NCBI GenBank assembly: GCA_022614805.1
Contig: JAKEHY010000002.1
Span: 4,726 to 68,725 of the forward strand
Reading direction: 5' to 3'
From: Candidatus Zixiibacteriota bacterium
Lineage (GTDB): Bacteria; Zixibacteria; MSB-5A5; DSPP01
DNA: 64,000 nt
Shown here in pieces: positions 1 through 9,612 of the stretch (positions within the stretch are counted from its first letter, which is position 1; each line of letters opens with the position of its first letter). The notes under the pieces are model-generated. The model was not told where the DNA came from and did no database searches. It saw nothing but the letters and a program-made list of their open reading frames with translations. Position numbers and translations under genes: made by a program.

Positions 1-249
1 GGTGATGACGATGGGGGTCGCCTGCGAGCCTTGCCCCGCCAACCGGCGCAAAAGTTCCATTCCCCCCACCCTGGGCATCGCCAAATCGGTGATGAAAAGG
101 GTGGCTTTATTGTTCAAAAGGTAAGGGAAAGCGGCCTCCCCGTCCGGAAAGGAGGTGACGGCAAACCCTTCTTTTTTAAGCGAAAACTCCATCACTCGCA
201 GAAAGGAAGGGTCATCCTCGACCAAAACGACTTCGAGGGGGCTTTTCAA
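1..249 (-). CDS. Response regulator receiver domain protein (3' end truncated by window edge)
   Basis: Reverse-complement translation gives LKSPLEVVLVEDDPSFLRVMEFSLKKEGFAVTSFPDGEAAFPYLLNNKATLFITDLAMPRVGGMELLRRL..., a CheY-like receiver. TTG start overlaps the kinase stop (TTGA); GGAGG RBS upstream. Not listed in the ORF track because it runs off the window. Confidence 0.65.
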   Translation of the reverse strand, partial: MKSPLEVVLVEDDPSFLRVMEFSLKKEGFAVTSFPDGEAAFPYLLNNKATLFITDLAMPRVGGMELLRRLAGQGSQATPIVIT

Positions 250-1283
250 TTTCCCTCCCAAACCGGGAAAAGCAAAAAGGCGGTCGTCCCTTCCCCCATC
301 CGGGATTCCACCTTCACTTCCCCCTTATGCAGGGAAGCGATACGCTCGACGATTCCAAGGCCAAGCCCCACCCCATCTGTTCGGGTGGTGAAAAAAGGAG
401 TGAAAATTTTTTCCAAATCCTCCGGGGGGATGCCCGGCCCCCGGTCGGCAACGGAAACAAAAACCTGTTCCCCTTCGGAATTGACTCCCGTCGCAATTTT
501 CACCTCCCCTTCCCCCATGGCCTGCATGGCGTTCAGGGCCAAATTCAAGACCGCCTGGCAAAGCTGGTTGGGGTCCCCGAGGACCTTGGACAGCTTTTTG
601 TCCAAATCGACAGAAACCCGGATTTTTTTCCCGGCCGGATGGGACCGTAAAATGGTTTCGGCCTGGCGGACGACCTCGTTCAAGTCGCAGGGGGCGAATT
701 CCTTTTTCTCTATTTTGGAATAGTTCAAAAAATCGTTGACGACTTTGTCCAGTCGGCCGACCTCTTTTTTTAGAATCTCCAAAAACTCACCCTTCTCTTC
801 CGGGCGGGGGTTTTCTTTGGAGAGAATATCGACCGAACCCAGAATCGACGCCAGGGGGGTGCGCATCTCGTGGGCCATCCCGGCCGAAAGTTCCCCCAAA
901 AGCTTCAACCGGTCGGCTCGCAAAAGCTCTTTCTGGGCCTGCCGCAATTTTTCCCTTTGCTCCCGCTCGCGGGCCGCCAAAAAGCCGGTCAGCCCCCCCA
1001 CAATATTATATAGGAGAATGTCGAAAAGGGCGTCTTCCCGCTGGGTGTGAATATGCGCCCACTCGTGCAAAACATGCGGCAGGTAGATGACCGAAATTAC
1101 GGCGGACGTGGCCAGCCCTCCCTTCAATCCGAACCGGAAAGCGGCCAAAAGAATGGGAACGAAGTACAGCTTCCGCCAGACATCGTGCAAAATGGGGCGG
1201 GAAGCCGGAGTCATATAATGTAGAAGGGAGAAAACCGCCACCAGCCCGGCCACCAGGGCTAACTGCTTCCAACTGTTACGCAA
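246..1283 (-). CDS. Sensor histidine kinase (multi-TM N-terminal sensor region, HisKA, HATPase_c)
   Basis: H-box GELSAGMAHEMRTPLASILG and G-box GVGLGLGIVERIA...GEGTTAF; N-terminal hydrophobic helices. Start trimmed from the ORF-track TTG (1331) to a TTG at 1283 that has a GGAGG RBS 9 nt upstream and overlaps the peptidase stop (TTGCGTAA). Start uncertain. Confidence 0.75.
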   Translation of the reverse strand: MRNSWKQLALVAGLVAVFSLLHYMTPASRPILHDVWRKLYFVPILLAAFRFGLKGGLATSAVISVIYLPHVLHEWAHIHTQREDALFDILLYNIVGGLTGFLAAREREQREKLRQAQKELLRADRLKLLGELSAGMAHEMRTPLASILGSVDILSKENPRPEEKGEFLEILKKEVGRLDKVVNDFLNYSKIEKKEFAPCDLNEVVRQAETILRSHPAGKKIRVSVDLDKKLSKVLGDPNQLCQAVLNLALNAMQAMGEGEVKIATGVNSEGEQVFVSVADRGPGIPPEDLEKIFTPFFTTRTDGVGLGLGIVERIASLHKGEVKVESRMGEGTTAFLLFPVWEGN

Positions 1284-2610
1284 AAACAACTTCCTCCAGG
1301 GTGCGGTACATAAACGCAAGCCCTTCCGCAAAGCCTTGCAAAGAAACCCGCTCGTCGTGGCCGTGCATCCGGGCCTCGTCCGCCTCGGTCAATGGAAATG
1401 GCAAAATGCCGAAACAGGCAACGCCGCTGGCCCGCAGCTCCGCCGAATCGGTGGCGCCCGTGGACATAAAGGGAAAAACCTTCGCCCCGGGCCAGGTCTT
1501 GATTGTCGAGCGGGCCAGCGCTTGAAAAACCTCGTGCGAAGCGGGCGAAGGGGAAACATCCGCGGCTTTCCCCTGCCGGAAGGAAATTTCAACCGTGTCG
1601 TCGCCAACCGCCCGTTTCAGTTCACTGATAAACTCGTCAATCCTTTCCCCCGGCAGAAGCCGGCAGTTCAAAGTCGCCTCCGCTTCCGAGGGCAAAACGT
1701 TTTCCCGTATCCCGGATTTGAAAATGGTCGGGGCAATCGAATTGCGCAGAATCGAATTGAAATAGGGATGTTTGGCCAGCTGCTCGCGGGCAAAAGCCCC
1801 GATGAGCGGGTCCTCCACGTTCCGGGCGAAAAATCCGGTGGGGGAAGCAGGGTCCAATTCGGCCACTCCTTTAAAGACCGCCCTTGTGGTATCATTCAAC
1901 TTCAGCGGGGTCTTGTACTCTTCGATTTTAGCCAACGCCTTGGCCAGCCGGAAGATGGCATTATCCGGAAGGGGGATGGAAGCATGCCCCGGTGTTCCCC
2001 TTACTTTAAGGTGGATGTGATACGGAACTTTTTCGGCGTTCTGAATGGCCACGTATTCCACTTTTCCGTTGTTCAGCTTGACACGTCCCCCTTCGTTGAT
2101 GGCGGCTTCGGCAAAAATCTTCTCCCGATGGTTTTCGATGAGCCAGGAAATGCCCAACTTCCCTCCCGCTTCCTCATCCGCGCAGGCAACAAAGAGAAGG
2201 TCTCGCTTCAAGGGGATTTTGTGGCGGACGATGAGTAAGACCAGTTCGGCAAAAAGCGCCCCCATCCCCTTGTCATCGATAGCCCCGCGGCCGTAAAGAA
2301 AACCATCGTCAACGGTGGCGCCAAAGGGGTCATATTTCCATTTCTCCCTCTCCACGCCGACCACGTCCAGATGGGAAAGCAAAATTAAAGGCCCGGCTTT
2401 TCCCTTCCCTTGCAGGCGGACGACAAGATTGGCCCGGGCCTCCGAGGGCTTGAGAAGTTCCGGCTTCAGGTCCACTTCTTCAAAAAGCTTTTTATAGGAA
2501 AGCGCCGCCGCCAGTTCGTCTCCGGGGGGGTTGACCGTGTTGATGCGGATGACCTCCGAGAGGATTTTGATCCCCTCCTCTCCGGCTTTGGTAAAATCAA
2601 TCTGTGGCAT
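1276..2610 (-). CDS. M20 family metallopeptidase (ArgE/DapE/dipeptidase-like)
   Basis: 444 aa; M20 motifs LSHLDVV, GRGAIDDKGMGALF, HGHDERV; ATG start at 2610. Confidence 0.85.
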   Translation of the reverse strand: MPQIDFTKAGEEGIKILSEVIRINTVNPPGDELAAALSYKKLFEEVDLKPELLKPSEARANLVVRLQGKGKAGPLILLSHLDVVGVEREKWKYDPFGATVDDGFLYGRGAIDDKGMGALFAELVLLIVRHKIPLKRDLLFVACADEEAGGKLGISWLIENHREKIFAEAAINEGGRVKLNNGKVEYVAIQNAEKVPYHIHLKVRGTPGHASIPLPDNAIFRLAKALAKIEEYKTPLKLNDTTRAVFKGVAELDPASPTGFFARNVEDPLIGAFAREQLAKHPYFNSILRNSIAPTIFKSGIRENVLPSEAEATLNCRLLPGERIDEFISELKRAVGDDTVEISFRQGKAADVSPSPASHEVFQALARSTIKTWPGAKVFPFMSTGATDSAELRASGVACFGILPFPLTEADEARMHGHDERVSLQGFAEGLAFMYRTLEEVVFA

Positions 2611-2767
2611 ACATCTCCGTCAAACAGTTGTCTCCCCAATATACCGCTCCGGTCGGCATAATCAACTTCCGGCGGACGGCCAATCTGCCAGCCGGTTTCG
2701 GCGCGCCTTCCCCAAAAATCCCGGTTCCCTTTTCGGCAACTCAAAGCAGGGTTTTATCTTGGAACAA

Positions 2768-2785
2768 TTGTTTCACGTGAAACAA
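2768..2785. promoter_or_regulatory. 18-bp perfect palindrome TTGTTTCACGTGAAACAA in a divergent promoter region (putative operator)
   Basis: Perfect inverted repeat with CACGTG core, ~160 nt upstream of both the M20 peptidase (-) and the GAF kinase (+). A near-identical copy lies at 54783-54798. Confidence 0.4.
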
Positions 2786-2945
2786 CTTAGCCAACCCACC
2801 TCTCCGAGGAGGGCCCAATCCTCGATTGACTTGAGGCGCGTTAAAGCTTAGCTTTAGGGTAGCGAGAGAGGCGGAAGACGGCCCGAGCCGTTTCCGGGAG
2901 GCGATGGTTCAATCCAAGAGGAAAAACTGCCGAAGTTAGAAATGG

Positions 2946-4289
2946 ATGAGCATGCCCGATTTTGACACGTCCGAAAAGCTGCCCGAAAAAGTGGAGGTTT
3001 TGCGCCAAGCCGTGGAAGCCAAAATCACCCAGTTGACCGAGGCCAACCGGGCGCACCGGCGCAAAATCTTCGACCTCTACACCATTTTTGAAATTTCCCG
3101 GCATTTGAACGGAATGCTGGAAACGGAGTCGCTTTTGGACTCCATTTTGCTCACCGCCATCGGCCAGATAGGGGTCTCCGGCGCCGCCATCGCCATAGAG
3201 AAAAACCGGGAGGAGGGCCGGCTCACTTTCGTCAAAGCCAAAGGCATTTTGAGCAGCCGTTGGGAGGGGATTTCCTGCGACAAGGGCGGCGTTCTGTGTC
3301 AATTTCTCTTGCGCCGCAATCAGGCCATCCTGTTGAAGGAGTTGGAGGAAAAAATCGGCGGCCAGACCGGCGAGGTGGAAAAGCTGAAAACCGTCGAGGC
3401 GGAACTGGTGATTCCCCTCTCGGTTAAAAACCGGCTGGAGGGGATTTTGGTGCTCGCCGGAAAAATCTCCGGCCTCCCCTTTGCCGAAAACGACACCGAG
3501 TTTCTTTCCATTCTGGCCAACCAGCTGGCGGTGACGGTCGAAAACGCCCGGCTCTACGAAATGGAGAAAAACTCCAACCTGCAACTGCGCGAAACCCAGA
3601 ACCAGCTCATCCGGCTGGAAAAACTGGCCGCTTTGGGGGAGCTTTCCGCCACCATCGCCCACGAGGTCAACAACCCTTTGGGCATCATCAAAAATTATCT
3701 GGCCCTGATTTCCCAAGAGCTCACTCCGGAAGACCCCAATTATCCCTTCTATCAGGTTATCAAGGAGGAGGTGGACCGCATCGCCAAAATCGTCCGGCAG
3801 CTTTTGGATTTTTACCGGCCGAAAGCGGAAGAAATTGCCTCCGTGGACCTTTCCCGGATTCTGGACGAAACCGTCGTGCTGCTTGAAAAACAGCTGGCCT
3901 CCTCCAACATCGAAGTGGTAAAAAATCTCCCCCGCCACCTGCCCAAAATCGAGGCCTCCCCGGCCCAGTTAAAACAGGTTTTTCTGAATCTCTTGATGAA
4001 CGCACGCGAAGTGATGCCGGAGGGAGGCCGGCTGGAGGTCACCACCCGCTCCGAAAACGGCTACGTGGAGGCCGAAGTGGCCGACAGCGGGGAGGGGATT
4101 CCCCCGGAAAATCTGGAGAAAATTTTTGAACCGTTTTTCACCACCAAAAGGGAAAAAGGGGGCACCGGGCTGGGGCTTTCCGTTTGCCTGGGCATCGTCA
4201 GCAAAACCGGGGGCACCATCCGGGCCAGGAATCGAACGCCCAAAGGGGCGGCCTTCATCGTCCGGGTGCCGGTGAAAGAAAAGGTATGA
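2946..4289 (+). CDS. GAF-domain sensor histidine kinase
   Basis: 447 aa; N-terminal coiled-coil/GAF region; H-box [19 protein letters not shown]; ATP-binding [21 protein letters not shown]. Confidence 0.85.
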   Translation: MSMPDFDTSEKLPEKVEVLRQAVEAKITQLTEANRAHRRKIFDLYTIFEISRHLNGMLETESLLDSILLTAIGQIGVSGAAIAIEKNREEGRLTFVKAKGILSSRWEGISCDKGGVLCQFLLRRNQAILLKELEEKIGGQTGEVEKLKTVEAELVIPLSVKNRLEGILVLAGKISGLPFAENDTEFLSILANQLAVTVENARLYEMEKNSNLQLRETQNQLIRLEKLAALGELSATIAHEVNNPLGIIKNYLALISQELTPEDPNYPFYQVIKEEVDRIAKIVRQLLDFYRPKAEEIASVDLSRILDETVVLLEKQLASSNIEVVKNLPRHLPKIEASPAQLKQVFLNLLMNAREVMPEGGRLEVTTRSENGYVEAEVADSGEGIPPENLEKIFEPFFTTKREKGGTGLGLSVCLGIVSKTGGTIRARNRTPKGAAFIVRVPVKEKV

Positions 4290-6355
4290 AAAGGGTTTTA
4301 ATCGTCGACGACGAGGAGCGGATTTGCCAGTCCCTTTCGGCCCTGTTGGGCCGGGAGGGATATTCCATCGAAACCGCTACCAATGGCGAAGCCGCCATCG
4401 CCAAAATCGCAGCGACTTCCTACGACCTGATTTTATCGGATATCAAAATGCCCAAGGCAGATGGAATGACCGTTTTGAAAAGGGCACGTCAAGCCGACCC
4501 GGAGGCGCTGGTGGTTTTGATGACCGGCTACGCCTCATTGGAGTCGGCCATAGCGGCCGTTTCCTCGGGGGCTTACGAGTACATTATGAAACCGGTCGAG
4601 ATTGAAGAACTGAAGCGGCTGGTCAAGCGGGCCGTCGACAAACGCGAAGTCGATTTGGCCAAACGGACGTTGATGGTCGAGTTGTCCGAAACCAATCAGC
4701 GCTTGAAGCGGGAAATTTCGCATAAGGAAGCCCTCTATCAGGCCGCCCTGTCGCTTTCGGCCAGCCAAAAGTTAGACGGGCTATTGCAGCGAATCGTTAC
4801 CCTGGCGGCCGGCGTTTTGGGCGCCCGGGTCGGCTCCATAATGCTTTTGGACCCCGAGGGAAAATTCCTTTCAATCCGCGCCGCCCTGGGGCTCTCGTCC
4901 GAGATAATCGAAACTACCCGGCTGGAGCTCGGCGCCTCTATTGCCGGTCGTGCCGCCCAGTCCGGCCTGCCGATTTTGGTGAAGGACTTGGAAACCGACC
5001 CCCGCTTTGCCCGCGCCAGCCTGCAGAAGTACGAGACCAAATCCCTTTTGTCCGTGCCTCTAAAGCTGGGAGAAAAGGTTTTGGGGGTTTTGAACCTGGC
5101 GGACAAGCAGGATGCCAGTTCCTTTACCGAAGAGGACTTGAACCTGCTTTCCGCCTTCGCGTCTTTGGCCGCTCTGGCGCTTTCCGATGCCCAGAACTAT
5201 CAGGAGAGCCGGGCCAAGGTGGCCGAGCTTTCCGCCTTATACCAGATTGCCACCCGGCTCTCCAACCTGGACCGCTACGAGGAGATGACCCGGATTGTGG
5301 TGGAAACTCTGGGGAAGTTGATGGAAATCCAGACCGGTTTGTGGTTCACCTACGACCCGGAAAAGGAAAAATTGCAGCTCGCTTCCGAGGTGGGGCAAAA
5401 CCACCGCCCCCGCTCATCCCCGCTGGAGCTCCCCCTCTCCAAAGCCGAGGCCGAGGCCGAAGACCGCGCCCTCTTCCGCTCCCATCTTTCAATGAAAATT
5501 GAAAAGGCCTACGGCCAAAAGATGCACTTTCTTTTGTTGCCGCTTTTCGGGCCGAAGATGCTGGACGGCGTTTTGGTTTTGGGCCGGGCCGACCGGAAAC
5601 GCTACACGGAGGAGGAGGAACGGCTCGCCTTGATTGTCACTTCCCAAGCCGCCACCGTGTTCGAGCGCCAGCGCTCGATTTTGAACGCCGCCCGGCTGGT
5701 GACGATGGGGAATATGATGACCGAAATTACCCACGATTTGAAAAAACCGCTGACCAACGTGCGGGGGGGGCTGCAGATTCTGCGGGACAAATGGGACGAG
5801 CTGGAGGAAAAGGACAAAATTCTGGCCTCGCTGGAGCAGGAGGCGATGCGTCTGTCCGATATGGTCAAGGAGTTGTTGGACTTTTCCAACCCCCGCAAAT
5901 ACGAGCGCCAGCCCAAAAATCTGGCCGACCTGGTGCGGCGGGCCTTGAAGCTGGTGGAGGGGGATTTGGCCAAAAAGAACGTCCGGCTGGAGCTTTCGCT
6001 GTCGGAGGATTTGCCCCGGGTTTTGGTGAACGAAAACGAAATCGTGGAGTTGATTTTGAATATGGTGCTGAACGCCCTGGAAAGCCTGCCGGAAGGAAAG
6101 CGGTTGACCCTAACGCTTTCGCCCGTCAAGCACGGCCAGGAAAAATACGTCCGCTTTACGATTTCGGACGAAGGGGCCGGCATCGAGCCGGAGCATTTGA
6201 GCCGGATTTTCGAGCGCTACTTCACCACCAAGGAGTCCGGCACCGGCTTGGGGCTGGCAATTGTCGACCGCATCGTCAAAGCCCACGGCGGGAAGATTGA
6301 CGTGGATTCCACCCCCGGCATTGGCACCACCTTCAAAATCGATTTCCCGTACTAA
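4286..6355 (+). CDS. Hybrid signalling protein: N-terminal receiver, two GAF domains, C-terminal histidine kinase
   Basis: Start reassigned to the ATG at 4286 ([15 protein letters not shown]...) just before the upstream kinase's stop. Receiver with DDEE/D-IKMP/K motifs; two GAF-like regions; His[20 protein letters not shown]; HATPase [32 protein letters not shown]. Confidence 0.85.
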   Translation: MKRVLIVDDEERICQSLSALLGREGYSIETATNGEAAIAKIAATSYDLILSDIKMPKADGMTVLKRARQADPEALVVLMTGYASLESAIAAVSSGAYEYIMKPVEIEELKRLVKRAVDKREVDLAKRTLMVELSETNQRLKREISHKEALYQAALSLSASQKLDGLLQRIVTLAAGVLGARVGSIMLLDPEGKFLSIRAALGLSSEIIETTRLELGASIAGRAAQSGLPILVKDLETDPRFARASLQKYETKSLLSVPLKLGEKVLGVLNLADKQDASSFTEEDLNLLSAFASLAALALSDAQNYQESRAKVAELSALYQIATRLSNLDRYEEMTRIVVETLGKLMEIQTGLWFTYDPEKEKLQLASEVGQNHRPRSSPLELPLSKAEAEAEDRALFRSHLSMKIEKAYGQKMHFLLLPLFGPKMLDGVLVLGRADRKRYTEEEERLALIVTSQAATVFERQRSILNAARLVTMGNMMTEITHDLKKPLTNVRGGLQILRDKWDELEEKDKILASLEQEAMRLSDMVKELLDFSNPRKYERQPKNLADLVRRALKLVEGDLAKKNVRLELSLSEDLPRVLVNENEIVELILNMVLNALESLPEGKRLTLTLSPVKHGQEKYVRFTISDEGAGIEPEHLSRIFERYFTTKESGTGLGLAIVDRIVKAHGGKIDVDSTPGIGTTFKIDFPY

Positions 6356-6377
6356 AGTTTCTGGAATAAACGGTAAA

Positions 6378-6407
6378 CGTAGGGGCACAATATATTGTGC
6401 CCTTTTG
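6378..6407. repeat. REP-like GTAG-headed palindrome (GTAGGGGCACAATATATTGTGCCC) followed by a T-run; likely bidirectional terminator between convergent genes
   Basis: Perfect 10-bp stem GGGCACAATA/TATTGTGCCC preceded by GTAG and followed by TTTTG; sits between the hybrid kinase (+) end and the SBBP gene (-) end. Confidence 0.5.
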
Positions 6408-6410
6408 CCA

Positions 6411-7931
6411 TCAGCACGGCGCTGGCGCAGACGAAAACACCATTCGCAGCAAAATCACAATATCCGCCCCTGAAAGCCGTCCATCGCAATTCAAATCGCA
6501 AGCCGCAGGTGCCGCCGGTAGCGGTACACCTGAAAACGTGTAGTTGACACAGAAAATGACGTCTTCAAAACTCAAAATTCCATCCAAATTCAAATCACCT
6601 TTTAATTGGGGAAGGGGAGCATATTTGATGGTGAGAAAATCATTCTTGGTGGAGCCGGTAACAAAAACATTTCCTTTTCCATCAACGGCTATTGCATTGC
6701 CAACCGTGTTGTAATCGTATTCCTCGTCACCATATCGCTTTTCCCAAAGCAAATCTCCTTCTGGGTCATATTTAATAGTAGCAACATACCAGGCATCATA
6801 TCCGGTGATGTAGATATTTCCCGTGCTGTCCAAAGCCATAGCTTTTGGTTCCCTCGGCTGTCCAAAATTGATTCCTCTATATGCCCGATACCAAAGTTGA
6901 GTTCCTCCTGAATCGTATTTTATAGCTGTCCAAGCTATGTCATCAGGAACAGAAAAGTAATTACCCACCACGTAAGCATTGCCTTGTTTGTCAGAAGCAA
7001 CAAAAGACGCTCCTTGAGACTCCTCCGCTCTACTATTAGAACGTTTAAGCCAAAGCTGATTTCCAGCGGAGTCATATTTGATGGTCGCATAATTACTGTC
7101 GCTGCCGCCCGTAACATAAACATTGCCATTCGACCCTACGGCTACGTCAATGGCAACGTCGTTGCCATTTGACGGCCCGTCGTAGCGTCTGACCCATAAG
7201 GTATCTCCATTGGGAGCATACTTGATGGTGGCATAATCATAGGAGGTTCCGCCCCAGCTTTTCCCGGTCACATAAACGTTCCCTAAAGCATCTACCTCTA
7301 TGGCGTATGAGTCATCGTCGGAATCTCCTGGACCATTATATCTCTTCACCCATACCTCATTACCTAAAGAATCATATTTTATGGTGGCATAGTCATAGGT
7401 TGAGCCAACATCGGCGCTTCGTCCGGTGATATAGACATTGCCGGAGTTATCTATGGCTAAACTCGGCTCTTCCTCATTATCATTTCCGGGTCCATTGTAT
7501 CTTCTTACCCAAGCCGTATCCCCATTCGGATAATACTTGATGGCGGCAAAATCCTGGCTTGTGCCAAAACCATTACTTTCGCCGGCAACATAGATATTAC
7601 CGAAGCTGTCAACATCTATTGCGTAGGCATAATCGCCAAAACCGCCGGGGCCATTGTATCTTCTTAACCAAGCCGTATCCCCATTCGGCAAATATTTTAT
7701 GGTACAGTAATCGTAGCCGGTGGTGCTGTCGAAGCTGGAGCCGGTGACGTAAACGTTGCCGCTTGAATCGATGGCGATGGCGACGGCCCTGTCATCCCCG
7801 TTCCCCGGCCCGGTGTACCGCCGCACCCAGGCGGTGTCAACTTCCTGGGAAAAAGCAAAGCAGGGCCACAGGCAAAATAGGGTGCAAAGGGAGAGTGCGA
7901 TTCTGGCTGGGATTTTTGAAAGGCGGGGCAT
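6411..7931 (-). CDS. Secreted SBBP (beta-propeller repeat) protein with C-terminal dockerin-like domain
   Basis: Signal peptide MPRLSKIPARIALSLCTLFCLWPCFAFSQ. About 47-aa tandem repeats (W[VL][RK]RYNGPG...D.AY/AI.VDS.GN[VI]YVTG...YDYATIKY) typical of PF06739 SBBP. C-terminus has two DxNxDGxxxxxD segments (DLNLDGILSFEDV / DLNCDGRLSGADIVILL), i.e. a dockerin. Confidence 0.75.
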   Translation of the reverse strand: MPRLSKIPARIALSLCTLFCLWPCFAFSQEVDTAWVRRYTGPGNGDDRAVAIAIDSSGNVYVTGSSFDSTTGYDYCTIKYLPNGDTAWLRRYNGPGGFGDYAYAIDVDSFGNIYVAGESNGFGTSQDFAAIKYYPNGDTAWVRRYNGPGNDNEEEPSLAIDNSGNVYITGRSADVGSTYDYATIKYDSLGNEVWVKRYNGPGDSDDDSYAIEVDALGNVYVTGKSWGGTSYDYATIKYAPNGDTLWVRRYDGPSNGNDVAIDVAVGSNGNVYVTGGSDSNYATIKYDSAGNQLWLKRSNSRAEESQGASFVASDKQGNAYVVGNYFSVPDDIAWTAIKYDSGGTQLWYRAYRGINFGQPREPKAMALDSTGNIYITGYDAWYVATIKYDPEGDLLWEKRYGDEEYDYNTVGNAIAVDGKGNVFVTGSTKNDFLTIKYAPLPQLKGDLNLDGILSFEDVIFCVNYTFSGVPLPAAPAACDLNCDGRLSGADIVILLRMVFSSAPAPC

Positions 7932-8096
7932 CTTGGGTTTTCTCCCGCTGGTTGGGAATAATATAGTAGAAAAGCAACGAAGGAAAGCAAGAAAAATTAC
8001 CCCCTCCGGGCTGGCGGTTGGTTTAACCTCCCCTTAATCCCCTCCTTCGTAAGGAGGGGACAAAGAAAGGCAGTGATTGAAGATTAGAGGGGAAAT

Positions 8097-8160
8097 GGGC
8101 GGTTCGTGAACCGCCCCTACAAATACAAAGATGGGCAACCACTGAGAGTTGCCCCTACAA
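8097..8160. repeat. Two adjacent REP-like palindromic elements ending in CCCCTACAA (GGGCGGTTCGTGAACCGCCCCTACAA; GGGCAACCACTGAGAGTTGCCCCTACAA)
   Basis: Each is a perfect 8-9 bp stem hairpin flanked by the conserved GTAG head (seen as CTAC on the + strand). The first 26-mer recurs identically at 9613-9638. Confidence 0.5.
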
Positions 8161-8172
8161 AAAAAGAAAGAA

Positions 8173-9105
8173 TTAAATCTTGATTCCGGCTTTTACATCT
8201 CCGGTTTTATCAGAATAGGCGAACGCCATCCTTGGCGTGTTGTGATAAAGCCCGATTTGGCCTTTGGGCGTGACTAAAATCGCTCCGCCGTAGCCATCCA
8301 CCCGCCGCCGCATCTCTTCCACTGCCCTTTTGACGGCCACACGCGCAGATGCTCCGCCCTCGAGGTAGGACAAAACCCGTCTTGCCAGCCCAATGCGAAT
8401 AATCCCCTCTCCCCAACCGGTGCAGCTTACTGCACCCAACGTATTGTCCGCATAAGTTCCTGCTCCAATGACGGGCGTGTCGCCGACCCGCCCGGCCATC
8501 TTACGCGGGGTGCCGCCGGTGGAGGTAGCAGCAGCCAGATTGCCCCAAGAATCGAGGGCGACTGCCCCGACAGTCCCTTTGGGATGGCCGGAAAAAACTG
8601 TCTTGGCGTGAAATCCTTTCTTTTTCCTCAATTTTTTCCAGAGTCCCAGCTCTCGGCCCGTCAAAAGCGCCGTGGTGGGGCAAAATTTCGTCCCCATTTT
8701 CCGAGCGAATTTTTCCGCCCCGGTTCCGACCAGCAACAAATGGTCGGTCTTCTCCATTATTTTCCGGGCAAATGTGACTGGATGGAGCAGCCGGCGGACG
8801 GCGGCCACTGCCCCGGCTTTGAGCTTGGCTCCATCCATTATGGAAGCATCCAACTCCACTTCGCCATCTTCGTTCAAGAAAGAACCGCACCCGGCATCAA
8901 AGGTGGGGTCGGCTTCCAACTGCCGCACGGCGGCTTCTACTGCATCCAAGGCCGGACCGCCGGACTGCAAAACCTCCAGCCCGACCCGACACCCCATCCG
9001 GCACCCTTCGATATGTTCCGGCCAAGTTGCTTTTGGTATATCCCACGCCCCGCCGTGTACGACTATGACCGGTTGAGTTTTTTTCTTTGGCATTGGGGCG
9101 GGCAA
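8173..9105 (-). CDS. Isoaspartyl peptidase / L-asparaginase (Ntn-hydrolase, plant-type asparaginase family)
   Basis: 310 aa; HGGAWDIP N-terminal motif and the autoproteolytic/nucleophile region GHPKGTVGAVALDSWGNLAAATSTGG. Confidence 0.85.
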   Translation of the reverse strand: MPAPMPKKKTQPVIVVHGGAWDIPKATWPEHIEGCRMGCRVGLEVLQSGGPALDAVEAAVRQLEADPTFDAGCGSFLNEDGEVELDASIMDGAKLKAGAVAAVRRLLHPVTFARKIMEKTDHLLLVGTGAEKFARKMGTKFCPTTALLTGRELGLWKKLRKKKGFHAKTVFSGHPKGTVGAVALDSWGNLAAATSTGGTPRKMAGRVGDTPVIGAGTYADNTLGAVSCTGWGEGIIRIGLARRVLSYLEGGASARVAVKRAVEEMRRRVDGYGGAILVTPKGQIGLYHNTPRMAFAYSDKTGDVKAGIKI

Positions 9106-9201
9106 GGTATTCGATTTCTCTTTTTATTGCAAGAGAGGTGACCCCACCCCTGTCCCCCTCAAGGGGAGGGAAATGACTGCTTTAAGATTAAAAAAATCCA
9201 C

Positions 9202-9230
9202 TTGATTTTTTGACTAAAAATGTGTATATA
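9202..9230 (+). promoter_or_regulatory. Sigma70-type promoter of groES-groEL (TTGATT-N17-TATATA)
   Basis: -35 TTGATT at 9202-9207, 17-nt spacer, -10 TATATA at 9225-9230, immediately upstream of CIRCE. Confidence 0.6.
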
Positions 9231-9233
9231 CTG

Positions 9234-9260
9234 TTAGCACTCATCGAAAATGAGTGCTAA
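9234..9260. promoter_or_regulatory. CIRCE element (HrcA operator): TTAGCACTC-N9-GAGTGCTAA
   Basis: Perfect match to the CIRCE consensus, ~55 nt upstream of groES. Confidence 0.9.
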
Positions 9261-9315
9261 CAGTATAAGTTAAGTTGTTGAAAAACAATAACATAAATGT
9301 AAAAGGAGGAAGTAT

Positions 9316-9606
9316 ATGCAAATAAGACCTTTAGCCGACCGGGTCGTAATCAAGCCGATTGACGAGACCGAGGTTAAAAAGGGCGGGATTATCATCCCCG
9401 ACACCGCCAAGGAGAAACCGCAGGAAGGGGAAATCGTCGAAGTCGGCCCCGGCCGGATTACCGACGACGGCAAAAAAATTTCCCTCGAAGTGAAAAAAGG
9501 GGACAAAGTGCTGTACGGTAAATACTCCGGCACGGAGATCACCGTTGACAACGCCGATTATTTGATTCTGCGCGAGACGGACATTTTAGCGGTTTTTGAA
9601 AAGTAG
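9316..9606 (+). CDS. groES: Co-chaperonin GroES
   Basis: 96 aa, [41 protein letters not shown]...; AGGAGG RBS. Confidence 0.95.
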   Translation: MQIRPLADRVVIKPIDETEVKKGGIIIPDTAKEKPQEGEIVEVGPGRITDDGKKISLEVKKGDKVLYGKYSGTEITVDNADYLILRETDILAVFEK

Positions 9607-9612
9607 GCGTAA

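Noticed and set aside
31-723. 230-aa plus-strand ORF at the window start
   Set aside because: It lies antisense to the histidine kinase and the partial response regulator; composition is Arg/Pro/Ser-rich and it matches no family. High-GC antisense artefact.
2841-3938. 365-aa minus-strand ORF
   Set aside because: Antisense to the GAF sensor kinase; low-complexity; no motifs.
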